Shown here piece after piece: positions 16,721 to 33,961 of a stretch of 64,000 nucleotides of DNA (positions within the stretch are counted from its first letter, which is position 1; each line of letters opens with the position of its first letter). The DNA comes from the human T2T-CHM13v2.0 reference genome, Homo sapiens. A model generated the notes under the pieces. That model was not told the origin of the DNA. It was given only the letters and a program-made list of their open reading frames with translations, and ran no database searches. The position numbers and the translations under genes were made by a program. Where the stretch lies: NCBI RefSeq assembly GCF_009914755.1, contig NC_060940.1; one strand, 5' to 3'.

Positions 16721-16783
16721 AGACCATCAATGCTAGGAAGAAACTGCATCAACTAATGAGCAAAATAACCAGCTAACATCATA

Positions 16784-20598
<3,815 letters not shown>

Positions 20599-20812
20599 AC
20601 AATGAGAACACTTGGACACAGGAAGGGGAACATCACACACCAGGGCCTGTTTGGGATGCGGGGAGGGGGGAGGGATAGCATTAGGATATATACCTAATGT
20701 AAAAGACGGGTTAATGGGTGCAGCACACCAACATGGCACATGTATACATATGTAACAAACCTGCAGGTTGTGCACATGTACCCTAGAACTTAAAGTATAA
20801 TTTAAAAAAAAA

Positions 20813-21805
20813 TCTGCCCCCTCAACAACAACAGCAGCAATAACGATATAACAAAAAAACACCGTTAAGAATTTAAAAGGGCACGTCACAGACTGGGAGA
20901 AAACATATGGAAAATATATATAAAGCATACTTGGCAAAGGAGTTGCATCCAGAATATATAAGAAATATATATACACACACACTCAATAAGAAGGAGATAC
21001 AGCTCAATAAAAAGTGTAAAAACGGCAAATTATTTGAACAAACACTATATAGGAATGACCAAAAATCACATGAAAAGATGCTCAATATCATTAGTCTTCA
21101 GGGAAATGCGAAATAAAACTCCAGTGAGACACCTCTTACATCCACCAGAATGTGCTACAAATAAAAAAAATCCCAGGGGTTGGTGAACTGTAGAACAACA
21201 AAGTAGTGCAACCACATTGGCAAATGGACAAATTTTGTAAAGTTAAACATGCACTTACAATATGACCCAGAAATTCCAGTCTCAGACTATTACCCAAGAG
21301 AAAGGAAAACATACTTCCTCATGAACAGTTGTATACAAATGTTCATAGCAGCTTTATTTATAATAGACCAAACTGGAAACAATCCAAATATCTCTCACCC
21401 AACGAATGGATAAACAAAGTGTAATTCATCCATGTTATGGAACATACAAAGCCATAAAAAGGGACAAAAACTGATGCACACAAATGGATGAACTTCACAG
21501 ACATTTGCTTAGTGAAAAATGCAGACATGAAAGACTATATGTGACATGGTTTCATTTATATGAAACTATAAAAAAGGAAACTCTAACATACAGTGACAGA
21601 AACAGATCAGTGATTTTCCAGGGCTGTGGGTTGGGGAGGAGTTAACTGCAAAAAGTCAAAAGGAAAATTTCTGGGGTGACCTTAATGTCCTATATTTTGA
21701 TTGTGTTGGTTATGTGGGTGTATACCTTTGTCAAAGTTATTGATCTGAGCACTTAAAATGTATGCAATCTTTTGAAAGTGCATTATGCCTCAATAAAGTT
21801 GAACA
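20813..21805 (+). mobile_element. Ancient L1M (L1ME/L1MD-type) ORF2 end and 3'UTR (right part of the host element)
   Basis: cacagactgggagaaaacatatg...gttcatagcagctttatttataatag...tgcctcaataaagtt. Confidence 0.85.
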
Positions 21806-23036
21806 AAACACCCACAAACAGGCATGGACCCACCAGAGATGATTGTCTATGCACAACTCCTCTCTTTCCCGCTACTGTTTTCCCAGTGAGAAAATGGAAT
21901 CAGCACAGGCGTGTGTCCTTTTGGAGATTCTATTCATCCTGTGGGAGCATGTTAGAAACTTGCTGGGGTGCTAGTGATTTAGTTCTGCATTATGCTGCAG
22001 AAAATTAAATAAGAAGTGGATTCCATGTGACACCTGCATTTATTAGCAGAGAAAGAATGGATCTGCTAAGAGTGACACCCCATTGTGTAGATGTCACTTC
22101 TGATTGTCAAGTTGCAGAAAACATTCAGGTAAGTCCTCAGCTTGTTAAACCTGAAAGAGCTGTTTACAGGTTTTGTATTTTCCTCATGTGAACTAAAGCA
22201 TTCCATTTAATTTGCAAAGGCAGAACAGGTTTTCTTGATGGCTTTGTTCCTTTGGGATGATTGCTGAGAACCAAGTTTAACAGTGCCTATGGATCTGGTC
22301 CTTTCTATTAAAGACAGTTTGAGTCTTAAATTGGGGGCATCCAGAGTGCCAAGAGTTGCAGCACATCCAAATTATAATGCTATGTCCACTCAAAGATATC
22401 CAGTCATAACTCCTCCAAGAGAGGTCAGAAGAGAGCTCAACATGGCTACCCTTCTTTGTAGCAGATATTCCACTGTGAACAAAACTCTACTTCCCTGACT
22501 ACACATGCCTTTTTGCCATGGTCAGGGTTAGCACAGCTCTTTGGGCATGCCAGGAAAAGGGAGACAAATCTCACAGAGGAGTGCAGCCACACTGTCAGTG
22601 ACTGGAGGTTGTATAATATTGCTTCAGTAGAGAAATGGACAGCAGAATAACTCACTAGGAGTACCGGGTCTCTTGGAGTCTAACATTTTCACCCAAAGCA
22701 AATTTTAATGAGCAAAATATTTGATGTTGACTACTGAGGGGTCAACTCTTTGATTTTAGGAGGAGTGCAAGACCTGGAAACAGAGATAACTCAAGGGGAT
22801 CTGCACTGTAGCTGGGGTTAGGATGCATTGAATGATGTCAGATGAGCCTCTTAGCTCTTCTTATGCAGTTTCCTTCCTTATGAATTAGGTTAAAATCTGA
22901 TACTGTGAACCAGTTGGCAGCCATTTCTTCATCCTTCAGTTCCCCCAGCTTGAGATTTCTGCCTTTGCTTACCGCCAAGGTGGAAATAAAACCTAAGTAC
23001 CCCCAAAGAACTCACTCACATAAAGAGTGTAATGAG

Positions 23037-23930
23037 TGTTGATGAAAAAAAAACCAAACTCTGTCAAATATTTAAAGGGTTTGTTCTGAGCCAGTATGAG
23101 TGACCATGGCCTGGGGAACAATCTGATGAGGTTTTGAGAAAGTGTGCCTGAGGCAGTCAGGTTACAGTTTGGTTTTACACATTTTAGGGACACAGAACAT
23201 ACAGGCAAAACAATAAAACAATACTTGTAAGGTATAGATTGGTTTGGCTGGCAAAGGCAGATCATTTTGAAGTGGGAGTGGGGGTGGGGGTAAAGTAGGG
23301 GAGTGGGAGGGGTGGGGGGGTGTCATGACTTATAGGTCATAGGTGAAGTCAAAGGTTTTCTGATCAGCAATTGGTTGAAACAGTTAAGCTTTGTCTAAAG
23401 ATGAAGTCAATGGAAATAAATGCTTGAATTAAGACAAAGGAGGTTGTGGAAGTCAAGGTTCTTACTATGTAGATGAAGCTTCCAGGTAATAGGCTTCAGA
23501 GAGAATAGATGGTAAATGTCTCTTTTTGGACCTTAGAAGGTGTCAGACTCCTAGTTAATCTCTCCCCCACAAACGATGGCTTTGCACAGCCTTTTAAAAA
23601 TATATCAAATAAATATATTTTTGTATAAAATATTTTGATTTCCTTCAGGGTCTGCTATCCATCATGTGATGCTATACCAAAGCCAGGTTGGAATTTGGTA
23701 CCTAACTGCCATGAAGAGTGTTTTGTAAGCCTTATGATCTCTATTTTAATGTTGATGCTGGTCAGTTGTGCCTAAACTCCAAAAAAGGCAGGAGTATAAT
23801 GAAGTGTGTCTGACCTCCCTTCCTGTCTTGGGCTGGAATTTAGTTTTTCACGTTTCTCTGGGAGCCCTTTGGCCAGGAGGGGTGTCCTTTCAGTCAGTTG
23901 GGGAGCTTACGATTTTATTTTTGGTTTACA
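23037..23930 (-). mobile_element. Solo ERV1 LTR, MER4D-like
   Basis: TG...CA termini (tgttgatgaaaaaa...ttttatttttggtttaca); 4-bp TSD tgag at 23033-23036 and 23931-23934. Confidence 0.88.
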
Positions 23931-24369
23931 TGAGCAATGGCAACCTTACTGAAAATCCGGTAAAGAAAAGGAGAAAGGGGTTTCATTGCACTTCCCACAT
24001 TTAAGGAATATTCCACAGGGACCGTGTTTGAGCAAGGTGAATGTGTGTGTGAGTGTGCACATTCATGAAGAGTGCATGTGTTTAAGGTTCTTGCTCTTCT
24101 TTCCTCTAGTACTCAGAATCCTCACTTCTCTTTCACCTCCTGATATTCCACCCAGGACTTCATAATTCTCTATCCTCTATCAAGCACAGCAATTCTGCCT
24201 ACCTTTCACCCTATTTTGTTTACCCAAACTCATCTGGGAGCTCAGCAAACCAAATGACCTCCAGGCAGCAAGACTCCCTCATTTAGAAGATGGCTTGGTG
24301 ATCATCCTTTTGTAGTTGGACATGATTTGGTGTTTTCCCCTTGCATGTTGAATAACTTATAAAAAATTT

Positions 24370-24512
24370 CTGTATTTCATCAATTTGAAGACAGACTTTC
24401 TCACATTTTAACTTCTCTGAAATTAGAATGCAACTTAACAATAAAAGACATCTTACAATTGTAAGTGACAGCATTTTTATTTCTTAGCATTTTAGGTTTG
24501 ATTACATATGGC
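24370..24512. mobile_element. Small TcMar/Tigger-type MITE relic (MamRep-like)
   Basis: ctgtatttcatcaatttgaagac...cacattttaacttctctgaaattag...ttaggtttgattacatatgg; degenerate inverted termini. Confidence 0.45.
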
Positions 24513-24821
24513 ATTTCCTCCAGCTGAATACGGGACTATTTCTTTCCAAGAGCAATTATGATTGTTATAAACTTATTATGTAAAATTTTCTCTGCCTCAA
24601 AGCAAAAAATAACTCATAGCCCATGGAGTTCAAAGGGCTGGTTAACAAATTATATACATAGCTATGTCCATCCCTGCTCCTCTCCCGTTCACTCTAACTC
24701 TTACACTGCAAAGGACAGAGACAGTTCGAAATAAGGGGAGGACGTGGTCTGTTTGTCTGCATTAAGTAGGATTCCATTCAGGAGGAAGGAGTCATCAGTG
24801 GATTTGAGACTTACCTAGTAA

Positions 24822-24975
24822 AGAGGTGATTCTCAAAGAATCTTCTGGCAAACTTGTTAAAAAGTGTGACACTCAGGGCCGTATTTCTGATCATCCCAGT
24901 CACATCTCTGAGGATGGTGCTTTAGAATCTGTGCTGCAAACAGGGGATTTTAATTCGTACGAATGTTTGAACATT
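24822..24975. mobile_element. MER5-type hAT relic
   Basis: gtgattctcaaag...cttgttaaaaagtg...tagaatctgtg...gtttgaac. Confidence 0.5.
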
Positions 24976-25039
24976 AGATTATTACTTTTGGGAAAACCCA
25001 TCATAGACCAGGCACTTCCATTTAAACTCACTATCATTA

Positions 25040-25200
25040 AAAACTCTCCAGACTCTTTAAGCACATGCATTAGTCCTATGTTTGCAGTGGGGAAATTGAG
25101 GCATAAATAGCTTGAATAACTTCCCACGTCATCACTTAGGAAGTGGTGGAGGCTGAATATGAACTCTATCTGTCTGACTCCAGGGCTTTCCAAACCCCAT
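25040..25200 (-). mobile_element. MIR
   Basis: tttgcagtggggaaattgaggcata...aataacttcccacgtcatcac...tgtctgactccagggc. Confidence 0.7.
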
Positions 25201-25224
25201 CTGGTCTGCATTGAACACAAAACA

Positions 25225-25790
25225 TGATTTGTGCAGCCTTTTCGAAACACAATTGGACAAAGCCTATTGAAACTTAGCATGCCTATTTCCCTAACTAAGC
25301 AATTCTATTTCTAGGAGTTATACTATAGAAATAAGCATTAGCACAATCTCACACACACACACACACATACACACACACAGACACACATGAATATTCACTG
25401 TAATACTAGTTGTAATAAAAAAATCAGAAATAATCCATAGGCCCACCAACAGAGGGGAGTCAAATTATGATACTTTTATACTACGAAATACCATGTAGCA
25501 TTTAAAAAGATGTGCATCTATATGTGACAATATGGAAAGATCTCTGAGACATATGATTCAATGTAAAAAGTGAATTTAAGTGCAAAAATGTAGAAAAGAA
25601 TGCCACTTATGTAAAGTTTAAAAAGCCTTTGTATGCTGTGTCATAAATGAAGACATCTTGAGAGGTAAGTGGCACTGGAGGTGGCTGGGGGTGGAAATAT
25701 GGAGGTGGACATTACTCACAAGTTTGTTTATATTGTGTTAATCTTTAACCACGAGAATTCAAGTGCCAGGTAAAATTTAAATGTAAAGAA
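25225..25790 (+). mobile_element. L1ME-type 3' fragment containing (CA)n at about 25350-25387
   Basis: agcaattctatttctaggagttata...gaatattcactgtaatactagttgtaataa. Confidence 0.65.
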
Positions 25791-26619
25791 AAGGCAAACA
25801 TGTTTAATAAACTGCTTACACACTCCTTTTCAGCCCTGAGGTTAGGTACAGACAGTGGCTGAGGACTGTAGTCTCTGCAGAATAGCACATATAAAGGATC
25901 CTTGTTGTTTCTTGTTATGAATTATGTACTCTGCCTAATGGGTAGCTTGTTTTTTTTTCCTTATCCCAAATCAGAACTGTGAAGTATAAAAATATAACTC
26001 AGCAAAATCTACAAGTGCAACCTGCATTGGTGAAATGTTCCTATTAATGGTAATGCCAGGCTTGGAAACTAGTCATATTTCATTTTATGCTTAGTTGCTC
26101 CCAAGTTTTAATAAAAAGCCCATAATATTTGTGATTTACCAAGAGAATTTAAGAAAGCTCATCAAAATGTATATGAAAGAACAGTGATGAATTGCATGCA
26201 ATGAACTGCTACATTCTTCTTGGTATATTAACTAAAAATGACAACTTTACTAAAAATTTCTGTCCCTTGTGTCCTTTTCCTGTTTTGAAAAACCCAAATT
26301 GGCTCATAGCAGAATATTTCAATACCTGTGCCATTTGTCTTGAAAAGATCTTTAAAAGATGCCTGTAATTACGGGCTTTGTGCTATAAATCATTTAATTC
26401 TCAATAAAGAATAGATTCACTGAGGGAATATTGCAGTAATGTGGCTTGAAGTGTGGGCTGGGCAATTTTTCATGACTTACCCTGGGCAAGGGGATGAAAC
26501 AAATTTTCATTATTCTCAGCACAAATGACTCATCTTGCACTCCTTGATGGGTAGTTTCACTAGTTTCATTACTTTACCATATGGTCTGGTTGGGTCAGCT
26601 CACTAGATGGAAGCAGGTA

Positions 26620-26730
26620 TATCCACTAACAAGCTGTGTGATCTTGAATGAGTTAAGCATTCACTCTGAATCTCATTTCCTCACTTATAAAATGAAGGAA
26701 TTGCACAAGATAATCATGCATGTCAATTCT
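26620..26730 (+). mobile_element. MIR fragment
   Basis: ccactaacaagctgtgtgatcttgaatgagttaa...ctcatttcctcacttataaaatgaagga. Confidence 0.7.
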
Positions 26731-26774
26731 AAAATTAAGAATTTACATATTCTTTCATGAAAAGGTCAGTGGGT

Positions 26775-27110
26775 AATATCTTTTCCCCTTCCTTAAGTCT
26801 GGGCTGGCCTTGGGACTTGATTTAACCAACAGAATGTGGTAGAAGTGACACTGTGCCAATTCTAAGCCTAAGCCTCAGGAGACCTTGCAGACTTTCATGC
26901 TGTCTTTGGAACCCTGCTAACTTCCATGAGAATGAGCCCAGGCTAGTCTGCTGGAGGATAAGAGACAATATGGAGCAGAGATGAACCAACCCAGCATGAC
27001 CTGCATGAGTGACCTTCAAGACAGAAGACCCATCCTGCTGAGCCCACCTTAAATGGTCAGCCTGCAGAACTGTGTGTTAAATAAGTGTTGGTTGTTTTCA
27101 GCCACTGAGA
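26775..27110 (+). mobile_element. MLT1 (MaLR) LTR fragment, MLT1G/H-like
   Basis: tctgggctggccttgggacttgatttaaccaacagaatgtggtagaagtgac...tgctgagccca...ttgttttcagccactgag. Confidence 0.75.
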
Positions 27111-27298
27111 TGTTAATTTTGTGTCAATTTAACTGGACTAAGGGATGCCCAAAGAGATGGTAAAATGTTATTTCTGGGTGTGTGTGTGTGTGAGGCTGTT
27201 TCTGGAAGAGATTAGCACTTATATCAGTCGACTGGGTAAAGAATATTGCTCTCACTAATGTGGGTGGGCACCACTCAATCTGTTGAGGGCCCTGGAAT
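27111..27298 (+). mobile_element. MLT2 (ERVL) LTR 5' fragment
   Basis: gttaattttgtgtcaatttaactggactaagggatgccca...ttctggaagagattagca...tgttgagggcc. Confidence 0.8.
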
Positions 27299-27447
27299 TT
27301 CCTTTAATATCTAAGTCTAATTCACCATCTGGTGCAGACATTCCCATTATGACTTTCTGTCATTCACCCTGGGCTTACGGAACATCTTATAGATAGCTCA
27401 TTACTTGTGCACATAGTGTCTCTCAAAAGACCTTATATTGTGACCAA

Positions 27448-27605
27448 TATATATATAATATATATTTTATTATATGTTATATATATTTTACATATACATA
27501 TATGTATATAAATATTAATGTACATGTATTGCATACATATATTATCTATGGTATACATATTTTACATATATAATATATATAATACATATTTTACATGTAT
27601 ATATC
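27448..27605. repeat. AT-rich (TA)n-like low-complexity tract
   Basis: Degenerate atatatat/tatgta run. Confidence 0.9.
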
Positions 27606-28450
27606 TCTTCATCCCTGATTCCTGGCACAGAGTTCCTAAAACCTTACAATTTCCTAAGCAGAGAGGGGTGCTAGGTGCATCTTCTGTTCTAGTATTTGGT
27701 CTTTCATTCTGGTTCCTGACATAGAGCTCCCAGTCCCTTGGAATTTCCTGAGTGATGGGAACATATTTTGTTATACCAAGGTGACTGCTGGTGGGTTTCT
27801 GGTTGAGGGCTGGTCACCAGAAAGACCAAGCCATGATAGAATCTTGGAACTTTCAGCTCCATCCTCCATCCTCTGGAAAGGAAGAGGGGCTGGAGATTGA
27901 GATAATGATCAATCATGCTAATGTGATGCAACCTCCATAAAAGTCCCTGAATGGTGGGGTCCGGTGAGCTTCCACATTGCTGAACATGTAGAAGGCACCT
28001 GGAGAAGGCATGGAAGCTCCTCACCCTTCTTATATACCTTACCCTATATATATATATATATATCTTCATCTGGCTGCTCATCTGTATCCTCTGTAATATT
28101 CTTTATAATAAACTGGCAAACATAAGGAAATGTTTTTCTGAATTCTATGAGCTATTCTAGCAAATGATCATTGAACCCAAGGAGGAAGTCACGGGAACCC
28201 CAATTTATAACCAGGAGGCCCAGGCTGGTATTTGGCATCCAAAGTGAGGGCCAGTCTTGTGGGACTGGGTCCTCAATCCGTAGAATCTGACTGTAACTCC
28301 AGGTAGACAGCATCAGAATTGAACTGAATTCTAGGTCATCCAGCTGGTGTTGGATAATTGGTTAGTGTCAGGGAAAAGCCCCACACATCTGGTCACAGAA
28401 GAGTTGTGTTGAGAGTATACAGTAGTAGGAAAAAATGTTTTTCTTACTCT
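27606..28450 (+). mobile_element. MER21-family LTR
   Basis: ttcctggcacagagttcctaaaacc...ggctggtcaccagaaagaccaagccatgat...aactccaggtagacagcatcagaattgaactg. Confidence 0.85.
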
Positions 28451-28899
28451 GTAATTGATTTGATTTTCTATCACATAACCTGCATGTGAACTGAGAGAGG
28501 ATCCCCACCTTTGGAGAAGATCTGAGGCAGGGAAGCTGATAGGTTAAGATTCAGCTGGCCTTTGAGGGAAACGCTCATGTGTATGGAACTTTTCTCCGTA
28601 ACTGCAGCTGAAATCACAGGTGGGCTGAGTGGAAATGATGCCAGGCCACAGAAACGTGCTAGAGTGACCTGCCCAACTCCAGATCTCATACTCTTTGCGC
28701 TCTGTTGTGTTATTTTTCTGGGTTTGGGCATAAGCAGTGTCAGGACAGCCTGGACTTTCTAGGCAACCATCCTGTAGCCCATTCCCACAGGTTCTTGCCT
28801 TGGGGAAGATGTCAAGCCTTAGTGGAGACAATTCAACATTTTCCCCATGCCAGAAATTCTTAAGGTTTAAGAGAGAATTCTGGAAGCTCTGTGTCAGGA

Positions 28900-29237
28900 A
28901 TCATGGAAGAAGACCAATATATGTATACATCTCTTATTGTAAATTACAGTATCACACGGGTGCAGCCCAGAAATGCAGGGGATTGATGCCTGGCTTCTCA
29001 TCCTTTGAAGGGGCAATTCTGAAGCATATTCTACACTGTTTCCTAGAGAGTATCCAGTGGGATTGAGCCTAGCTGCCCACAGCAATGGTCAGCTCAATGA
29101 TGTGGTTTGTGTTGACTCTTCCTTCTTTTGTATCACTCTTCCCACCCCCTCTCTCTCACTTATTGGGGTCACCTCCACATAAACTACCTGTGCTCAAGTC
29201 TTTGTCTCAAGTTGTTTTGGGAACAAACCAATACACT
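28900..29237 (+). mobile_element. LTR16-like (ERVL) LTR 3' part; left boundary uncertain
   Basis: cagtgggattgagcctagctgcccacagc...ggtcacctccacataaactacctgtgctcaagtctttgtctc. Confidence 0.55.
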
Positions 29238-29283
29238 TATTCAACGTTTCTGAGCTTTGATTTTCTCATCAGTAAAGGAAAGA

Positions 29284-29592
29284 TATCTATCTATCTATAT
29301 CTATCTATCTATATATATCTTTAAGATACATATGCATATACAAGCATATGTGCCTATACACACATATCTATACACATTATATGTGAAACTAAATATCTAT
29401 CATCTATCATCTATATCTTTCTACTATCTCTATCATTTATCTATCATCTATCACTATCTATCATCTAGCTATCCCTCTCTATTATCTATCATCTATCTAT
29501 ATCTAGCTAGCTATATTTAGCTGTCTATACGTATCTTCTATCTATCTCTGTCTCTATATTTATCCACCTATCTACCTTTCCATCTATCTATA
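29284..29592. repeat. Degenerate (TCTA/TATC)n microsatellite region
   Basis: Repeated atct/tatc units. Confidence 0.9.
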
Positions 29593-31954
29593 CCTGGCAC
29601 ATTGTAGATGTTCAACCAATAGTAACTAGTCCCCAGCCAGTGACCATTTTTCCCTCAATCTTGACCGCAACCTGCATCTCTCTCTGAGTCTGTGCATCTT
29701 TGCTCTTTACCCCCAGAGCTTTGCCTTGTATAAGCAGAGGCACAGTGGGACATGGAAGTTGAGTTAGTAAAGCATGTTTTAGCACTCAGAATTTATCATT
29801 TGACCTTCAGCCTTCTGTCTACTATGCCTTGCAAGTTTCATTTATGCGAAGAAGAGCAAGCTTTCCAAAAGGATGCTAGGGGAGCTGCGGCAATGTGCCC
29901 AGTTTCACCATGTTGTCCTGACTTTTAGGAAAAAACCTGCTCAACTATCCAATTAGCAGCCCTGCTGGCAGCCCAGGCAATGGTTCTCAGAAGCCAACAG
30001 CAGGAAATCTGGAGAGAAGCCACTGTTTATGTAGCAGAATAAAGGATGCAACTTGTCTGTTTATAACTCATGACCTTGGCAGGTAGAACAGAATTTGTGT
30101 TGGCCACATTAATTTAATCTTCTTACTTCTTCTGAATAACTCATGAATCCCAATGTATTTCTTTTGAGAAAATGCTCAGAATTCTTCATTGGAGCAGCCA
30201 TTTTCTAGGTTTTTAGCGTACTGTGAAAGTAACTTCAGGTGTATGAGAGAGAGACGGGTGTGGGGAGACAGAGGAGAATGGTTCATCAGTGACTTTTCAC
30301 CTCTAGAAACTCTGATCTGTGGTCCTCCTTTCATGATTTCCAAACCATATTTTGGGTACTCTGGAACTTTAATAATTTTCTGTGCTGTATCAGTATTGTT
30401 TGCAGTCTGAATGAGACCTCAGTAGGGAAGTTATTCCAATTTTTATTTCCCCATACTCCAGCTATTCCTTTCCCCAGCCCCAATGCCTAACTTGATTCAC
30501 CCAGGAGAGGCAGAAAAAGAATGACATGTCTTTTTGTCAGCTATTCTTTCTGCAAGTGGGAGACCGGCTGAATTGCAATTGTCCAGTTCCTGTTGGATGG
30601 ATATGGTGATATAAGAGAGCCACTTTCCTGCCCTGGGACCTGGATCAAGACAGAGTCTTGAAGGCATAGAGGAAAGGACTTGGTCTCTGCATTAAATATG
30701 CCAAGATGGAGGAAATTTATGATGGAATGGTAATCCTGTGCCCTCACTCATTTGGAATGAAAGAATCAGTCCTAGAGTATGAGAGGTCTTACTGACTCAT
30801 GGCCTGATGTAGGCACGTGGTTTAAGAATGGAGCACCTCTGACTCTCTGATTTGATCTAAAGCAAGACTCAAATGTCAGGCCCTCAGGGTGAATGTAGAT
30901 GGAAGCTTCCTTCTGACACCTGTATGACAGCATCGTGATCGCATACACCTAGCCTGTCACTCTTGATGGGGCAACCTTGGGTCTGGGAGGCAATAAAGAA
31001 ACACAATATGAACTCAGCTCTCACCACCTGTTACCTGGTGCTGTGGCAATGCTCTGAGCTGCAAGTGTGGAGACCCGGGATGGTGTCCTGAGAGCCTGGC
31101 TCGCTTCTGCAAATGCGAACATTCATGCTTGGACATGAGAACTGCTAATGTCCCCTCCAGCTCTACTGTTTTATGAATCTAAGTAGGAGACCGATGAGTC
31201 TTCTCTCTCCTGTGGAGAGGGATTCGTGGCAAGAGAGATGGTTAATTTTACCCATCAGGTTGTGTGGCAATGACTCCAATTCACGCCTGCTCTCTGGTGA
31301 GCAACATCAACTATCCCTTTTTGATAGCACATGATCCAGATTACGGGTGTTTCAGGTATTCGGTTTCTTCTTGTTCTCTTTTCTTTCTTGATACTATTAG
31401 GCCATTTTCAAGCTAAGTGTTAATGGCAGCCTAGTAGCAGAAACATGAGAAGGGAGGAAGTTGATGATCTGGGAATTACATTTCCTGTGCAATTAGCCTC
31501 TGTAGTAGGCTACTTAAGTTTCAAATTTGCCAGTGGGGGGAACCAGCCTCCCCTAGACAGGGTCATACTATTATATATTGGAACAGGAATGGCTCTCAGG
31601 AGATCTGCTAGTACAGCTCCAGTCATGAGGCAGTGAGAACGTATTCCCATTTCACAGATGAGGAACTGATACTGGATTATGAAGTCAAAAGACTAGAGAA
31701 AATGCCTTTTCTTGGACTGCCTCAATAGAAAATATTTCCTTGAAGACAGGGACTCAGAGTTAAGAAGCGGTAAAGTAGAAAGATGCGTTGAAAACCGTTT
31801 TTCCTGATTTCTGCTACTCACATCACACACAGCCGAATTCCTGCAAAAGCCTGTAGATTACAGTATTAGATAGCTATAAAATCACTCTTTTTTTCATTCA
31901 TTAAATAATCTTTGAGTGGTTTTTTGTGCCAGGTGCTATGCTAGGCACTAGAGA

Positions 31955-33480
31955 TGAGATGGAACAGGGACCCCTCTTATGGGCCTGTCGGGCTCCTCTC
32001 TGATCCCCTCAACACAAATTCTAAGCACCTAGATAGCCGGCCAACTAGCAATTTAAAAAGCAAATAAAGAACCCACTAAACAAAAAGAATAATAATGTAA
32101 ACAATAGCCACCCAAGGAAGCCAGATTCACAAGATGTTTGGTTCCCTATAAAAGCTAAAGATAACATCTGGATATATGTCCCTGAGTTGTTTTTCAGAAA
32201 CCAGGACCCCCACACCTCCACCAGATGAAAAATTCTGACCACTGACACAAAGACCAGAGATAAGCAAAAACTGAGGACTTAGATTCTGACTACTGTCCTC
32301 TGTTGCAATTTCTTTTTGAGAGGCCTGGAGAGTCATGCCCACAGGCCAAACCTTAACATTCCTTTCTGCTTGCCTCAAGGTTTTATACAAAGTCTTACTT
32401 CCTTAACCAATTGCAAATAAAAAAAATCTCTAAATCTACCTCTTGTGTCCGGAATTGGTTCCTTCCGTGGGTTCTTGGTCTCGCTGACTTCAAGAATGAA
32501 GCCGCGGACCCTCGTGGTGAGTGTTACAGTTCTTAAAGATGGTGTGTCGGGAGTTTGTTCCTTCAGATGTTCAGATGTGTCCCAAGTTTTTTTCTTCTGA
32601 TGGGTCCTTGGTCTTGCTGACTTCAGGAGTGAAGCTGCAGACCTTCTCAGTGAATGTTACAGCTCTCAAAGATGGCACGTGCAGAGTTGTTCCTTCCTCC
32701 TGGTGGGTTCATGGTCTTGCTGACTTCAGGAATGAAGCCGCAGACTTTCGCAGTGAGTGTTACAGCTCTTAAACGTGGCACACTTCTGGCACGCTTTGCT
32801 CCTCCCGGTGGGTTGCTGGTCTCGCTGACTGCAGGAGTGAAGCTGCAGACCTTCGCGGTGAGTGTTACAGTCATAAAGGTAGTGCAGACCCAAAGAATAA
32901 GCAGCAGCAAGATTTATTGCTAAGAACAAAGCTTCCACATCGTGGAAAGGCACCTAAGCTGCTTGCCGCTGCTCCCCCAGGTGGCCAGCTTTTATTCCCT
33001 TATTTGGCCCCGCCCACGTCCTGCTGACTGGTCCATTTTACAGTGTTGATTGGTCCATCTTGCAGAGTGCTGACCAGTCCGTTTTTACAGAGTGCTGATT
33101 GGTGAGTTTACAATCCTTTAGCTAGACAGAAAAGTTCTCCAAGTCCCCACCCGACCCAGAAGCCCAGCCAGCTTTACCTCTCACTCTGAACTGTAAGCCC
33201 CTGCTTCAAGATATCCTGCCTTTCTAGGCCAAAGCAATATATAATCTCCCTGTATTGATTCATGATTTTGCCTGTAACTTCTATTTTCCTAAAACGTAAC
33301 TCTGCCTTTAAAAACCCTCCCTTATAATCCATTGAGGAGTTCAGATGGTGTTAGCTGCCCACTTCTCCTTGCTTAGTACCCTGCAATAAACATCTCAATT
33401 TCTCTCACTGCAAATCCTAGTATTGTTGTTTGCCTTTTTCTGCGTGCTGAGTGAGTGGATCCAAGTTTGGTTCGGTAACA
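31955..33480 (+). mobile_element. Solo ERV1 LTR, MER39-like, interrupted by LTR12
   Basis: tgagatggaacagggacccctctta...ctgcaataaa...ccaagtttggttcggtaaca; TSD gaga at 31951-31954 and 33481-33484. Confidence 0.85.
32444..33183 (-). mobile_element. Solo LTR12 (ERV9/HERV9 LTR)
   Basis: tgtgtccggaattggttcc...gaagctgcagaccttcgcggtgagtgttacag repeats...aagtccccacccgacccagaagcccagccagctttacctctca; TSD ctct at 32440-32443 and 33184-33187. Confidence 0.95.
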
Positions 33481-33961
33481 GAGATACAATGGTGAACAAA
33501 AAATTAGGGTCTCTCTCCTAACCGTGTTAGAGAGATATATATTAAATATCACCAAATAAATATATCACCATTGTGGGTACGATAAATAACACAAAAGAAG
33601 AAAAAGAGGATGCAAAAACAGGTTATAATAATAGTCTAATTATTTGGTTTGGGGAGGTAAGAAAGGCCTTTTGGGGGAAGTGATGTTTAAGTTGAAGTCT
33701 GAAAGGTGAGTGGGAGTTAGTGAGACAGGGAATGGGGGAAATGTTCAAGGCAGATGGAGCACCTTAAGTCAGGCCCTGAGAGAGCAAAGACCTTGGTTTG
33801 TGTGAGGAAATGAGAAGAAGCCCAGTGTGCCTGGAGTTGGTGATGGTGGAGGAAGAGACAGGCAAGAAGTTTGGAAAAGGAGCTCAGATTTAATCAGGTT
33901 GGCCATGTAGACCTCGCAAAGAATTTTGGCTTTATCCAAATGCAATGGGAAGCTTTTGAGG

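Noticed and set aside
22126-22134. Perfect splice donor CAG|GTAAGT
   Set aside because: A given 9-mer is expected about 0.5 times by chance over both strands of 64 kb, and I found no convincing upstream acceptor or reading frame.
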